Positions 37,044 to 50,920 of a stretch of 64,000 nucleotides of DNA are shown here, one piece after another (position 1 is the first letter of the stretch; each line of letters opens with the position of its first letter). The translations under genes and the position numbers were made by a program. The stretch spans positions 1,000,429-1,064,428 of the forward strand of contig JBNZDD010013718.1 in assembly GCA_050575255.1 (NCBI GenBank), given 5' to 3'. Below the pieces are notes generated by a model. That model saw nothing but the letters and a program-made list of their open reading frames with translations. It did no database searches and had not been told where the DNA came from. The DNA comes from Harriotta raleighana. Its lineage: Eukaryota.

Positions 37044-37586
37044 GTACGTACTGACTGTCAAGTCGTTACATATCTAAGCACCATCAGCAATTTACTCGAC
37101 ACTTCAGGAGCTTCTCCAGTTCATATCTTGCAAAGCCTGGCTTCATCCAAATCTCTCTTATAATGCAAACACTCTCTTATAATACAAACATTCTCTGTGT
37201 ATCTGTGGTTCATTATCATTCACCCACAAAATACAATTATTTCACGATACTGTGTATATTATGACGCACTTTGAGACATCCTCCCAACATGAAAGGTGCT
37301 GAATCAATGTAAGGATTATTATTATCTGAGAGAAGACGGATTGTAAGATAGAGTTACAATTTCAGAATGCCTGATTGCTGCACTCTACTTATTTTGATGT
37401 GATTTGAAGTCATTTTATTGGGCTTTTGCTGCAAGCCTCAGGGAATGGAGGGATATCAGAAGAGGGGATTGGGAGGCGGTGGGAGGCTCACGTGGGGCAT
37501 AAACATTTGGGAGGAAGAGTTCGGCTGAATGACTAGTTTCCGTGCTATAGGGTTCTATTTAATTCTGTGTCATGTTCGATTCGCAG

Positions 37587-37657
37587 GCTGATCTGATGTT
37601 GTTATCCAGCAGTGAACCGCATGGGCTCAGTTATGTGGAGACGGCCGAGTTGGATGG
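37587..37657 (+). CDS. ATP8B4: Coding exon 7 (ADLMLLSSSEPHGLSYVETAELDG)
   Basis: ttcgcag| and |gtaagc; first half of the DGET motif. Confidence 0.95.
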
Positions 37658-38331
37658 GTAAGCTTCCAGGATGCCCTTTGGCTGTAGCTAAGCAAGAAAA
37701 ACTCAGGGAAAAGCTCACTGCTTACACTGGTTGGTGCGCATTATATGAATGCGTATATGGATCTCTAAAACAGAAGGGAGTTCTATTACTGGTATAGAAT
37801 TCTATAAAGCTTGTAAAATACTTTTTTTTAATGTAGGTGCTTAAAACTGCAATGACAATACATCACCTCCACATCAAGCTTGACAGTCACTAGGTCAGAT
37901 TCCATAGCTGAGTGGGGGTTGGGGGAGAACTACTTCTTTCTCTTCCCCACCCCCCACCCAAAACCCTATAAAACTCTTGCCTTCATTTGCTCCAGCAAAT
38001 AACTAATGCACAAACCCACTGAGGTCAAATTAATTGAGTGATCAGCTCTTTCTTGCAATTAGTTTATATTAGACCCTACTGTCTATGCCAAATGTATTAC
38101 AATAAATCTTTGGATCCTATCAGCAAGAATCTGTTTTTATATTGCCCTCTCGTGCCTTATAATACTCCTTTTAGTTAACCAGTTAACCTTGAATGGCATT
38201 CACTTCACTCCCAATCCTCACCCCACTTTTGTTTCCTTCTACCTTGTAAAATTGAACGCTCTTTTGACACCCTTAAAAAAAATTCTCTTATTTCTGCCAT
38301 TGATCTTGTTTTCTGATCCTGTCGCCAACAG

Positions 38332-38414
38332 AGAAACCAACTTGAAGGTTCGCCAAGCACTGACGGTCACCTCAGAACTCGGATCAGATATAAGCAGACT
38401 GGCGGAGTTTGACG
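38332..38414 (+). CDS. ATP8B4: Coding exon 8 (ETNLKVRQALTVTSELGSDISRLAEFD)
   Basis: caacag| and |gtgagt; completes DGETNLK. Confidence 0.95.
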
Positions 38415-39774
38415 GTGAGTGTTCAGATTATTTCCTGTTAATGTACATAGTGGTAGGTCACAAAGTGGATGTGAGACTGGAGATTTTAACAGTGAAAACG
38501 TTTTCTAGGCTATGTTTCCCCTGGATTGTATTTATTTTGCAGTCCTGTATCGCCTTTATATTGGACACTCTGCACTCAAGTCATTAAATCATCATGAGCA
38601 TCAATATTCCACCCACATAAAAATCAGTCAATTGTACTGTGCATGTGTCAGCTCTGAAGTAATGCATGGTACACCGCAGTGAAACGCACTGTATTAAAAC
38701 ATACGCTCCACTGCAAAGTATTCTGTGGCAAGAGGATTAACTGGAGCAATAATAATATTAATAATAAACTTTCTACTGTATATAATATGGCGCCTTCCAC
38801 GTCAGGAGGATGTGTCAACATGCTTCACGGGATATATTATAAAGTGGAGCGGTTGGGAGAGGCAATGTTTTAGAGCTTTCCACGGCGATAGTAAAATGCT
38901 TGTGGTTGAGGGAAGAATTGGATGATTTGTTCCCCCCTCACTTCTTATCATCTTTATATTGTTTAAAACCCCGCTTCCCTTGTGTTATATTATCAGTCGC
39001 TCAGTAGCAATAGCAGCCTGTAACTCAAGCCTTTTTTTTCGCCCCTCGTCCCAAGCAATGCCTCAATGTTTATCACTGTAGTCGTGGAGGACTGAAATCA
39101 AAGGAGTCCAAACTGTTGAGAGTGATCGGATCAACAGAAGTGCCAGCCGCATTGAGAAAGAGTAACAATGCAGTTCATTCTAAATCTGTACATTAACACT
39201 TTATCACCAGGTCGAATAGAATTCCACCTAAGTAGAGATTTTCTCAACCACTGTAGCACTTCAGATCGTCCCGAGTTCGTCAAAACCGCTGAATCCAGTC
39301 CCATCTTCGAAGGCCTTTTTATGGTGCTCAAAAGATACGTGTGGGGAAACAAAAAAAGCCTTCAGAATTAAGGTGGTAGTGAAATATTCTGTACGCCCTG
39401 AAATGCTACATTTAATAGAACAAAATTTAGAGCCTGATGGAGTTTTGCTCCTCTTGTAAAACCTGGGAATTTGTCAAGGAGAATAACTTTGTGTTTTTGA
39501 GGTTAGGGTGCATAGCAACACAGACTAAATCTCCTCTAGAAGCCATTGAATGGCACTATAGTTGGGACGTTATTACTGACCTAGATATAAAAGCTGGCAT
39601 TGCTAATCACAAGATCACACCAGAGATTCAGATGACTTAGGACCTTTGGCCCATTTGATCTCATCCTCCCATTGTCTAAATAAATAAAATTCAATGGGCT
39701 GTTGTACTCCCTTAGCACTGCTTTGGGGTATCAGCCTAGAGTCTGTGAGCTCAAAGTGCCAATGTGAGGCTTTT

Positions 39775-40066
39775 GTGGAGTCCTGTAGCTCAATGATTGG
39801 AGCACTCGCCTCCTGGGGGATAAAACATTGGGAAAGTTTCCTTACTCCACACGACTGATGATAATCCCTCTAGAAAAAAAAACAATGAGAATTTGGTCAC
39901 TTCGATCCACGACTGTTTGTGGGGACACTGCTGTGCGCAATTGGGTGCTGCATTTCGCCCACAAATATACAGTCAATGCACTACACAGTATATTCTGCAA
40001 GACGCTTTGAAACGTCTAGAAGACATGGAAACCGCTAAATCAAATGCAAGGATTATTATGATTATT
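39775..40066 (+). mobile_element. tRNA-derived SINE with B-box region deleted
   Basis: Consensus head, body and tail; anticodon-to-B-box segment missing. Confidence 0.8.
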
Positions 40067-42660
40067 AAACCCACAAACCCCTAACTCAAAAGGTACCACA
40101 TTTACACTGAAGCTTGGTGTAAACCACACTGCTCCTGAGGCCATCTCCTCTCAGTATTGTTGGCAGTGCAGGCTCGATGAAGGCTCACCCACAAACTTTA
40201 TTGCTCCACAATCCTTGGGAGGGTATAGAACGGGGGAGGGGGAACAACTACAAACATCTTCCAAAATAAAGGAAGGCCTTCTTTAAGTGTTTTTGCCATC
40301 TTTTTGATGCTATTGTATTTGGCCAGTAAGGCGTGGGCCTGAGTGCACGCAATGCTCAGGAAAATGTTCTCATAGCGGAGTAAGTCACTGATCCTTTGGA
40401 GCGAGAGTAAGTTCTCCCTCACTTCCACACTCGCACGACAGACGGTTTTTGTTTATTGGCTTGTTTAAACCACAAGCTCGCCTGTTGTACTTTGTTTTAG
40501 ATTACGTCTGTCTGGGTAAGGGGGTTGCCAAAGCCACTGAGTAAACACTCGGCTAATCCTCATTCAAAACTCTTCAGATGGCCATCTCCCTCTCGCTCGC
40601 CTCCCTCGCTCATTCTCTCTCTCTCTCTCTCTGCTGTCTGTAATTCAGAATAAATAAATGGTCAAATATTGTTATAAATAGAACCCACGTTCTGGGAAAA
40701 GAAAGGGCTGCAATCTCCTAATTTGGCTGTCACTGCTTCACGGAAACGTCCTTGGGGGTTTGGCGGGGGTGGGGGTCGCATTGAAAGTAAAGTGGCTTGA
40801 GTCGGCTAATTACACAGAGCTGGAACCAGATCAACGTGTTGTGTCAGCATGTTGCAGTGAAGTCTGCAGAGCCTCCTTAGAGACAATATGATAAGGCTCT
40901 GTGAGCTCTACAGTCGCTTGCGTGTTGTGCAGTGGATGGGGTTTAGGGGCAGTAGATGGGAGTTACAGCCATCCTAACCCCCCAAACCCCCACCCCCACC
41001 AACCTGCCTGCCTGCTCAGCAGGCTCCGGCCTGCTCCATGGTGGCCCGCCCCTCCGCCGGCGGGCAAGCCTTCAGCTCGTCTCCACACAGACGGTCTCAG
41101 ACAATTAGCTTGAGATGTAACACGCGGGCTGCCCTAATTTAAGTGGCCCACTTTCACTGTGCTCCGCAAGGCAGATCGTCAGATGACCCCCGCATCGAAT
41201 GGAAACATGCGGCAGTCAGTGTAAGCTGTGCTGAGTGGAGGCACCGGTTGATACTGAGTTTTGAGGACATCTTCCCAGTGAGAACATGTTCTTTAGGTCT
41301 AAAGGCATCATATGATCAGACCTCTGGATCCTGATGGATCCAGAGCAGCAGAGAGCGAGGACTGCTCCTGCTGAAATAGCTTGGATGATGTATCCAGGGA
41401 GGTGTAAAATTCCACTTAGTCCCACCCCTCAATCCCTGCCCTCTATCCCTCCTGACCCCAACTCTCAGCTTGGGTCCAAAAGATGTCTGGAGATGTTAAA
41501 AGCACCATTATCAAATGCAAGGATTATTATTATTATTATTAAAACCTTGACTGTCCAGCTCCTTAGGACATCTTTCCAATGTGAAGGGCGCTCTATACAA
41601 ATGTAATTTGTTGTTGTTGCTGTTGTAATCTCAGCCGTTTTTCTATCTTAATACTTAAAGATTGCTCAGATTGTTAGATTGTCATAATTTTGCCCCCAAA
41701 ATACGCAGTCACCACACTTTGCGCTAAATCTTTATTTAATCCATTCACCAAGCGCCAAAGTGCTTTGAAATGTCCCCCTGACCTGAAAAGGCGCTAGGTC
41801 AAATGCAAAGATCATTAATTGTGATCGTCAATCACAACATCGGATATTGTTAAATGCTTGAATTCAGTCACCAAGTTACCAAGATAAGACTGTTATCACT
41901 CTGGCAACGTTTAAAATTCTAAAGCAAAAAAACAGGACTTAAAGGATGAGAATAACCGGATGGAATTCCAGTCATCAATTGCCACCTACTTTTTAAGTGC
42001 TCCCTAAGCGCTTAAAATAAAGCGATGTGAAGCCACCCATCCGTTTGCGGGGAGGGTGTGGGGACAGGTGAATGTTGGAATTTTAGGCTGAGGAATTCAA
42101 TGAATCCATCCTGCCACGTAACCTGCTGGTGAAGTAGATGTTTGGAATAGTTTTATCGTTTGGAAACATTTCCTGTGAGGTGGAGCTGGGTAGAACTATT
42201 GCAATCAACTGATCTCAGTCATTAGCTCCAGATTTTGGTGTGAAAGAGTTACCCAATTTATAATGGTGAAATTGCCCAAGTACTGTCTTGTAGTTCTCTG
42301 TATCACCTTATTGCTTCATCCCTGGGTGTCCACTCGAGTTCCCCGTATCTGGAGAGTTGCCAAACTTCTAAAGAGGAAGCGTAGCAGAAACTCCACTGGG
42401 AACAAATTGAAAAGCGAAGGGAGTTTCTCCCGGTTGTCCTACCCAAAAGTTCCCCAATACACAGTCCCTACACTTTACAGTGAATCCAAGAAAGTGCACC
42501 CTCCCGCAGCACTCCCCCACACCCGACATGAAAGCCACTGTACCAAAGGCAAGGACTATTATTCAGCAAATAACTCCCATTGTATGAGAACGGTCAGAGG
42601 TCTTTGAAAGGTAATGTCTCAGTATTCTCTTGACGTGTTGTCCTTCACCTTCTGTGGCAG

Positions 42661-42819
42661 GGGAAGTAATCTGCGAACCTCCGAACAATAAATTGGACAA
42701 GTTCGTGGGAACTCTGTCCTGGAAGGATAATAAGTATTCCCTGGACAACGGGAAGGTCTTGCTGAGAGGCTGCGTGCTGCGGAACACGGAGTGGTGCTTT
42801 GGGATGGTGATCTTCGCAG
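42661..42819 (+). CDS. ATP8B4: Coding exon 9 ([15 protein letters not shown]...[20 protein letters not shown])
   Basis: tggcag| and |gtaggt; LLRGC motif. Confidence 0.96.
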
Positions 42820-42952
42820 GTAGGTCACTCTTTAGTCCAGCAGCTCTCCCATCGGGGAAGACGTCAAAAAGCTCTCTGCGGGGCGAACACCTTGATGTGG
42901 AGGGATTGTGTGTTTTGTCGGCCAACGATGCAAGCTTGCCTTTGTTCCCCAG

Positions 42953-43041
42953 GTCCTGACACGAAGCTGATGCAGAACTGTGGCCACACAAAATTCAAAC
43001 GCACCAGCATTGACCGATTGATGAATACTTTGGTGCTGTGG
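42953..43041 (+). CDS. ATP8B4: Coding exon 10 ([30 protein letters not shown])
   Basis: ttccccag| and |gtaagt. Confidence 0.96.
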
Positions 43042-43371
43042 GTAAGTTAGGATGCTAGGTTGGAGTAAAACGTTGGCCAGTGCCACACAGTAACCAACGA
43101 CCGACCACAACAACCTGCGTTTAGGAAAGGGCGATGGTCTCATTGCCATGTTGATGACACAGGTTTGCAAGTGGAAATGTTACCCTCATCTTTTCTCGCT
43201 GCACGTCCGAAATGCAACAGCCGCAAAACTGGAGGGTTGCCAATATTCCCGCAGTATTCCCGAAGGGCGGATTGCAATTCCCCAATTCAGCAATAGAAAC
43301 AATAGCCCGGTGATTATTTGTCTCCTTACCACAAAGCAAAGTAAGTCATCAAAACAACAACACGTGATAGA

Positions 43372-43684
43372 CCTGTAGCTCAGTGGTTAGAGCACTCGCC
43401 TTACAAGCAAGAGACCTGGGTTCAATTCCAGGCAGGTCAGTGCAAAACCTTGAGCAAGTTTCCTCACTCCACACACCTACTGATATTCCCTCCCAAATTT
43501 TTTTTAAAAATTGGTCATTTCAATCCACGACAGTTTGTGCGACACACTGTGCGCAATTGACCGCAGTGTTTCGTCCTTAAAATGTACAGTCAACTCACTT
43601 TACAGTATATTTGGTGAAGCGCTTTGAGACGACCAGAAGATATGAAAAGTGCTAAATCAAATGCAAGGATTATTATTATTATTA
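43372..43684 (+). mobile_element. tRNA-derived SINE, full length
   Basis: CCTGTAGCTCAGTGGTTAGAGCACTCGCCTTACAAGCAAGAGACCTGGGTTCAATTCC, body, (ATT)n tail. Confidence 0.88.
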
Positions 43685-43902
43685 AAGCTTTGGCTGGCTT
43701 GGAATTTGTGAGTGACTGGTTTGCGAATTGACAAACTAATGTTTCACCCACATAGTTAGCCACCAGAAGGAGATTTGTCAATATGACATCTTAGATTCCC
43801 CCTCTCCCCCCCACCCCACCAACTTCATCTTTCTCAGAGCTCCAAAGCAGTCACAAGGATGACCTTGCTGTTGTGTAACAATGCAAATTGTTCTTCCCAC
43901 AG

Positions 43903-44099
43903 ATCTTTGGCTTCCTGATATGCATGGGGACCATTTTGGCCATCGGAAATTCAATATGGGAAAAAAAAGTGGGATTCTATTTCCAGATTTACCTTCCCTG
44001 GGATCCGTGGATACAAAACTCTGTCTTTTCAGGATTTTTAAGCTTCTGGTCGTACATCATTATCCTCAATACCGTTGTGCCGATTTCACTGTATGTCAG
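43903..44099 (+). CDS. ATP8B4: Coding exon 11, TM3-TM4 with NTVVPISLYV
   Basis: cccacag| and |gtgagt; P4-specific PISL motif. Confidence 0.97.
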
Positions 44100-44981
44100 G
44101 TGAGTGATTGTCATTTCACAACAACAGCTTGTACTTATTTATACAGCACTGTCCATGCCAGCTAGCATCTCAGAGCGCTTAACTGTGTCGAAGCCAGTCT
44201 CTGAGCTTGGAGCTTGGGGGGAGAAGTCCCCGTAAGCACAGTAGCAAGCGGTAGCAAGGAAGTCTTCAGCGGCAAGACGTGTTAATGTTTTCTCTCCTCT
44301 CGTGTCCTCGCCTTTATCTCTAAAGTTCACATTGTCTGCTTTAGTCTTGTTCTGAAGAGTGATCCTGGGTGTGATTTCTGTTTCGTTCTATGAAGGACTT
44401 TTTTTTTTGCAATTTTGGCACAATTGACTGGNTCTCCTCTCGTGTCCTCGCCTTTATCTCTAAAGTTCACATTGTCTGCTTTGGTCTTGTTCTGAAGAGT
44501 GATCCTGGGTGTGATTTCTGTTTCGTTCTATGAAGGACTTTTTTTTGTTGCAATTTTGGCACAATTGACTGATTGTCCAGGAATAAGAGGAGGCCATTCA
44601 GCCCATCCAGCCTGTTCTGGCAATTTATGAGATCTTTCAATACCATTTTTCCCGTTGTCCTACACGGCGTTGTTGAACTCTTTGAAGATACCCTCAAGAT
44701 GTAAAAGGCATTGTACAAATGAAAATTGTATTGGAATTTTTTTTGTTTGGCTCGCATCTCATTTAGTTTTCTTACGTAATGACCAAGGTACAGTTATTTT
44801 CCTCCCTGTTATGTTCCCAACTTTGTCACCCACTTGTAATCCCTGATACGCTTTCAAGCAAAGAGCCTGATTCAGACCTGCTCAGTTGTTTGTCTCGCTC
44901 CTTTGCCCCTTTCGAATTCCACCTCCCATCCCCATCGCGGATTCCAATCATTAACTCTCCCCATTTTCCGCACCTTGACAG

Positions 44982-45190
44982 CGTGGAAGTCATCCGTCTC
45001 GGACACAGCTACTTCATAAACTGGGACCGCAAGATGTATTACGCCAAGAAGAACACCTTTGCTGAGGCTCGGACCACAACACTCAACGAGGAGCTGGGCC
45101 AAATAGAATATATATTTTCGGACAAAACAGGAACACTCACCCAGAACATAATGGTCTTCAACAAATGCTCAATTAACGGGAAAGCCTACG
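44982..45190 (+). CDS. ATP8B4: Coding exon 12 with phosphorylation site [12 protein letters not shown]
   Basis: ttgacag| and |gtgagt; DKTGT. Confidence 0.98.
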
Positions 45191-46210
45191 GTGAGTAATG
45201 GCGCTTTTGTGGCAATTCATTTGTTCCTTTTACGGTATATCACCATTTGCTGATGGGGTTGGATGGGGTGGGTGTTGATGTGCTTTATAGAGTAGCATTG
45301 CACACACACAGAGTTCTGTGGTATTGGTTTTCCTATGGTCTTGAGAGCAAATTGCCTTGTCTTGACCAGTATTGAACACAGTTGAAAATATAGTGGCCCC
45401 TTGGCAGGGGATTGTGTGAAGCATCTATTTATACTTCACTTAGTGAGATTGAGCAGAGCACTTCTGATGGAGAGTTATCTATATGTTCCAGAGGGAGAAG
45501 TCCATATTATTAGTATTTGAGCATTTAAACTATCATACGCTCTGATCTACTCGCGTGACGGCAGTCACACCAACTTTGGGGTTGAAGGCTTCTATTTCTG
45601 GACAAACGAACACACACCTTCTCCACAGACATTACCCACACAAACACACATTTACTAACCTCTTCCCCTGCAAAAACACATATTAAACAAAGTACACACT
45701 GACTTGCCCTCCCCACAGACACGTACACAAATGCACACTAATTGCAAACACAGACTAACATCTAGGTACAACAACCACCAACACAGACTAGGTTTAACGA
45801 ATGCAGCCAATTCATTGCAACACACAACACTGAGCAGCGAATTATGGCCAGGGTAGGCATTTTTTGGCCAAACGGGGGGAATAAACTTGCTCTCCTTTGA
45901 AATACTGAGCTTTGTTGCAAAAAAGAGCTTTTTTATAAAAAAAAGTGTAAGTAATATTCAACAGTTAATCAGAATAATGAAGAAATCCATTTGTTTGTCT
46001 TGTGAGACGACTGAGACTCGCATATGGAAACGGTTAGCCTTGTCCGTACACTTCACTGGAAAATAGCCTCACGGGTATTAATCATGTCAGCCTTTGCCTC
46101 ACATGGAAATTTTACAACCAGATCATCTTTCGCCACGTTGCCTTTCGCTGCAGAGACTCAGTGTACCTTTTCCTTGCTAATAACTGTGACAGCAAAATCC
46201 GTATACAGTT

Positions 46211-46290
46211 CAGTAAAATTCCTATAATCCAGCACGTTCGGGACCTAGGCGGTGCAGATTAGCAAATATGCCGGATTATTGGACGTTACT
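46211..46290 (+). mobile_element. Tigger/pogo-like DNA transposon terminal fragment
   Basis: CAGTAAAATTCCTATAATCCAGCA...ATGCCGGATTATTGGA: CAGT-initiated terminus with an inverted ataatccggca subterminal motif; second terminus not found. Confidence 0.4.
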
Positions 46291-46943
46291 CTTAGTGATG
46301 GGAGGATTTGAGTGTGCTGTGCTCCTATCTATGTTACATACCTGTATAGCGAAAATCAGATTGGTTCAGATGAAGAAGATCCCTTTAGACTCATTTGATT
46401 TCTCTTTTCCGGAATACCTGCTCCCCCACTGTGCTCCAATCGTCTTGACCTCAACGTAACTGTTTCCTGCCTACCTCCTCTCTCTCCCTCCCTCCCTCCT
46501 GTTTCAGGCAAGTCAATTTAGATGAGTAAATTTAATTGTAATTTGTATACAAATGGTAATCAGGGCCCTGGAAAGTCCTTAACTTGGATACTGTGGATGC
46601 TTCTCCATCTAGGAGTATTCCTAGATGTGCGTAGTTGAGGGGCATATGCGTATCTCTGAGTCTCACTGGTAATAATGACAGACTGGTGTTCATTGGGAGA
46701 ATACTTCCAATGTCATTGACTTCAGAGGAGTAGAAGACTGAGAGAACCACCAGCAAGCAGTCCCTGCTCCCACCACCTCCCCCTTCCAACAAGTCCAGCC
46801 TCAGCCAAATCTGCTGCCAGGGATTCCAGTAAGTCGCCCTGTGGCGCGAGAGTCCGAGAGTCAGAAGGTCAGCAAAGCTTAGAATTTTTGAACCTTGGCT
46901 TCGAATGAAAACATTTTAACACCTGAAGCTTGTGATGAATGAT

Positions 46944-47291
46944 GTGGAGTCCTGTAGCTCAGTGGTTAGAGGACATTTGCTTTAGTGTGAGACCCATGTT
47001 CGAATCCAAGCTGGTCAGGGCGAAACCTTGGGCAAGTTTCCTTACTTCATATTAATAATAAACCCTCCAAAAAAAAAACAATAATGAAATTGGTCATCTC
47101 AATCCACGACTGTTTGCGGACACTGCTGTACGCAATTGGCTGCCACGTTTCACCCACATGTATACAGACAATTTACTTTACAGTATATACTGAGATGTCA
47201 GTATATATTACAGTATAAATTTTGAGATGTCTAGAAGATATGAAAAGCGCTATATCAAATGCAAGAATTATTACTATTATTATATTATTAT
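46944..47291 (+). mobile_element. tRNA-derived SINE, full length
   Basis: Consensus head, body and tail. Confidence 0.85.
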
Positions 47292-47358
47292 GAGTGAACA
47301 TTGAATGTTTGTCTTTTACTGCTATCTCATCAAGAGATTTTTTTGATTGTCATTTTAG

Positions 47359-47402
47359 GGGATGTGTATGATGAGCACGGACATAAAACTGAAATAACCG
47401 AG
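47359..47402 (+). CDS. ATP8B4: Coding exon 13 (GDVYDEHGHKTEITE)
   Basis: cattttag| and |gtaagg; 44 nt, required for phase continuity. Confidence 0.92.
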
Positions 47403-47818
47403 GTAAGGATTTGTATAAGATATATTCTTATTGCTTTGTACCAATTTAATACGTTAAATTGGTTTAATAAGTCTTTTTTATTATTATTTTTATTTTTATG
47501 GTCAACAAGTTAGGCTTTTAAAACATATGATATTTTTATTTGATGTTGAGGTCTGCACAGCTGCCAACAAGTCACTGTTTAAACCAGTTCACGAATAATA
47601 ATAATTTGGTCACTCAACCCACGATTGTTTGTGGGGCGCTGCTGAGCACAATTAGCTGCTGGGTTTCGCCCACAGAGTGTACAGCCAATTCACTTGACGA
47701 TATATTCTGTGAAAGCACCTGTGAGACGTCTCCAAAGGCGTGATAAGGCATTGCATCAAACGCAAAGGATTATTATTGCGTTAACAGGTGACCGAGATTG
47801 CTTTCGGTTGCTTTGCAG

Positions 47819-47984
47819 AGAATACCTTCGGTGGACTTTTCATTCAACTCCTTAGCGGATTCGAAATTCAAGTTTTATGACCACAGTTTGCTGGAAGCTG
47901 TTAAACTCGAGGATCCCATGGTGCACGAGTTTTTTCGGTTGCTGTCTTTGTGCCACACGGTGATGCCGGAAGAAAAGAATGAAG
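47819..47984 (+). CDS. ATP8B4: Coding exon 14 (RIPSVDFSFN...FFRLLSLCHTVMPEEKNE), N domain
   Basis: ctttgcag| and |gttagc; LCHTV motif. Confidence 0.95.
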
Positions 47985-49133
47985 GTTAGCACAAAGGCTT
48001 CGCTAGGATGTAAAGCAAAAGGCATTTTTCCGAGCAGAGATGTGTATCGCCTCCATTTGCTGTTTGTCCATATTTTCTGCTTGAACCCACAACCTTCTGA
48101 CTCAGTAGTTATCACTGAGCCAGGCTGTCACTTGAGGGAGTAGCCGGCACCCAGGGTCTGTTTGTGGTGTAAAAACGGGCACCTTTCATCATAAAAAGGG
48201 CATCGCAAAGCACTTCACAGTGTACATGGTAGACGAGTAACAGTGCATCTTCCTGTAGGCAAACATAGCAGAAGGTTTGCGTACAGCAACCATCCCACAG
48301 ACTGAAGCAAGGCCTATTAAAGTAAGTGGCAGTGCCAGCCACAGCTGTTAGAGCGATCTGTTTAATGAAGATTTCCTATGGCTCTAGAGAAAGAAGTGTA
48401 TGGGAGTCTCAGGCTTGCCTGCTGGTATGTTTCTGATTAGCTGGCACTCTGCAGGAATTAAACTCAGGGGCCGTAAGGTAATGAGGCCATAACTGTGTAA
48501 CACTGGTGTACCTGTTACCTTTTAATGGGATGTGCCAATTTGAGGCAGCTGAGCCCTGATTAATATCCAGCCCCAGAATTGTACAGCATGTGAGCCCTTA
48601 CCTCCCTATCGCTAACCTTGTGAATTCTGCAATCCCAATGACCCACCCACAGCCTGGCCAAAGATCACTTCAATCCGAAGGCACAGACCGCCAAAATGTC
48701 ACCTATTCTTAGCCTGTAAGGCTATTTTAACCTTAAAATGCCAGATTGCACTGAACTGTGGCAAATTGTCCTTCGGATGAGATGTTAAATCAGGTGCCGT
48801 CTGTGGTTGACAATTCCCCCCAATAAAATTGGGCTCTCACTCCATGCCTACTCCGTTCCGCCACAAAATACACAAGTCAATCAATCCACTTCACCGTGTA
48901 TCCTGTGAAGTGTATCGAGGCACGTTGATAATTTGATAAGATGCCTTAATGTAAGGCAAACGTAAATGGCTGTCGCATTTCGCCCCCAAATATACGGTCA
49001 ATTCACTTGACAGTACATTCTGTGAAGCGCTTTGAGACGTCTAGAAGACGTGGAAAAAGTGCTATATCAAATGCAAAGATTATTAATATTATTAATTTTA
49101 TTTAATAACAAACAGTTCTTGCTGTTGATGCAG

Positions 49134-49322
49134 GAGAACTTTTTTACCAGGCCCAGTCACCTGATGAAGGAGCACTGGTCATGGCAGCGAGGAATTTTGG
49201 CTTTGTGTTTCGCTTCCGCACCCCAGGAACCATCACCGTGGAGGAAATGGGCAAACCCGTCACCTACCAGCTACTGGCCATCTTGGACTTTAACAACATA
49301 AGGAAGAGGATGTCTGTGATAG
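49134..49322 (+). CDS. ATP8B4: Coding exon 15 ([12 protein letters not shown]...[13 protein letters not shown])
   Basis: gatgcag| and |gtatgt; SPDE and RKRMSV motifs. Confidence 0.96.
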
Positions 49323-49627
49323 GTATGTTGAGCATTTGCATGGATTGAAATACATCTTAACTGAAGCCGACGTCAGGTCCTCGCTCAGCATCATGGATCT
49401 CTCGGGTCTGTCATACTCTCGTAAGATTTCACTCTTCATTGCGTACAGTGGAAATTTTCCACATGTAGGTGACACATATATGTGGAACTCTGTCTGGTTT
49501 GGATACTCAGGTTTTCTGCATGTGTCAGAAGTCCGGTCAAAACAATACAAAAAAAAATTAATCTTTACTGCTCATTAAATATCCTTATCAAATTCTCATT
49601 ACTTCGCGTTATATCTTCTGTTTCCAG

Positions 49628-49743
49628 TCAGGAATCCCGATGGGCAAATACGACTTTACACCAAGGGGGCCGATACTATTTTGTTCGAAAGGCTTCACCC
49701 GTCTAATGAAGAGCTAATGTGCGTGACTTCGGACCACCTCAGT
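49628..49743 (+). CDS. ATP8B4: Coding exon 16 (VRNPDGQIRLYTKGADTILF...DHLS)
   Basis: tttccag| and |gtaagt; KGAD motif. Confidence 0.96.
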
Positions 49744-50920
49744 GTAAGTAGATTCATTGAATGCAAAACTCGAGTAATTTTGAAGGTCGCACTGTATCAG
49801 GCGGTGGGGCATTAAATCCCCGTGTCACGACAGGGAACCAAAAGAACAGCCAACGAGCTGTCCAAACATAATTAAAATTATCCTGATATTCTTCCAGCAA
49901 TGGCTGAATTCACATTTCATAATGACATAATTCCTTAAATTGACAGGAATGTTTCTCTTGTTGCTGATTTGACCAGAAACCCATTGTGTTGCAAACTCTT
50001 CAGGTGAATTAAAGAGACGTAGTCTGCTTCTAAATTACTTTGTAATCCGTGACAGATCCAAACTTCTATCTGTATGCGCTTATGAGTCACCTCTTACTAA
50101 AGCACATTTAATCTGCAGACTTTGCTGACAGCGGCCTGAGAGTTGATGTTTTGTGTTCACCGTCTCGGACGTAACATACTAAATGGGTATTTTTCCTCCT
50201 TGCCATTCCCAACGCTATCCTTCAGGACTTGCACCCCCCACTTTGCCTCCACCCACCGATTCAAATCGATCTGTTATCACCTCTATATTGTACCCCTGTG
50301 AGCTCAGATTGACACTCTTGTATAAAAGGCGGAGGCTTCTTGAAATTATTTTGTAAAGCTAGGGCTAAGACTTCATGAGATTTCAAGGTTTCACAATGGC
50401 TGCGCTTAAAAGTATTGTTTAGCTTTGGCAAGACAGGAATCCAGTCAGTCTGATCAGCAACGTTAACATTCCCTCATTTCCAAAGCGAACGAAAAAACAT
50501 TAGGCACCGAATAATTTCATCGCTTAATAATACCCTTGCGCTTGATATCAGAGCTTTCACAACGACACTGTTGTGCGCAATTTGGCTGCCACGTTTCACC
50601 CATAAATATGCAGTCAATTTTCATAGTTTCCTTCCCCCGACTCCTCCCCCACCTACTCTGATCCCTACTTGACTGTTCAGAGCCTTGTGACATCCTCCCG
50701 ATGTGAAAGACACTATATAAATGTAATTATTGGTTGATTGATTGAAAGGCAATCTCGGTCTGTCCATCCTTCAGTCTGCCTTGTCAGCCCTGAAATGCCT
50801 TATCAAATCTAGAACTCCCAATTCGAGTCTTCTTGGGACAGCAGTCCTTTCCAGCCCATTGCTGTCTTGGTGGGGGTATTGAACGACAGGGGTTGTGAAT
50901 GAGAGTGTTTTGTTGAGCAG

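Noticed and set aside
43372-43435. tRNA-like sequence (also at 28727, 46944, 52936 and on the minus strand)
   Set aside because: Has A and B boxes but continues into the shared SINE body and tail; anticodon triplet varies among copies and the acceptor stem is poor. These are SINE heads, not tRNA genes.
44293-44571. Direct repeat of about 140 bp
   Set aside because: Split by N at 44432; near-identical allelic overlap.
45600-45830. CA-rich tract; also the poly-C run at 10865-10884 and TG-rich 29270-29430
   Set aside because: Ordinary low-complexity or decayed microsatellite sequence.
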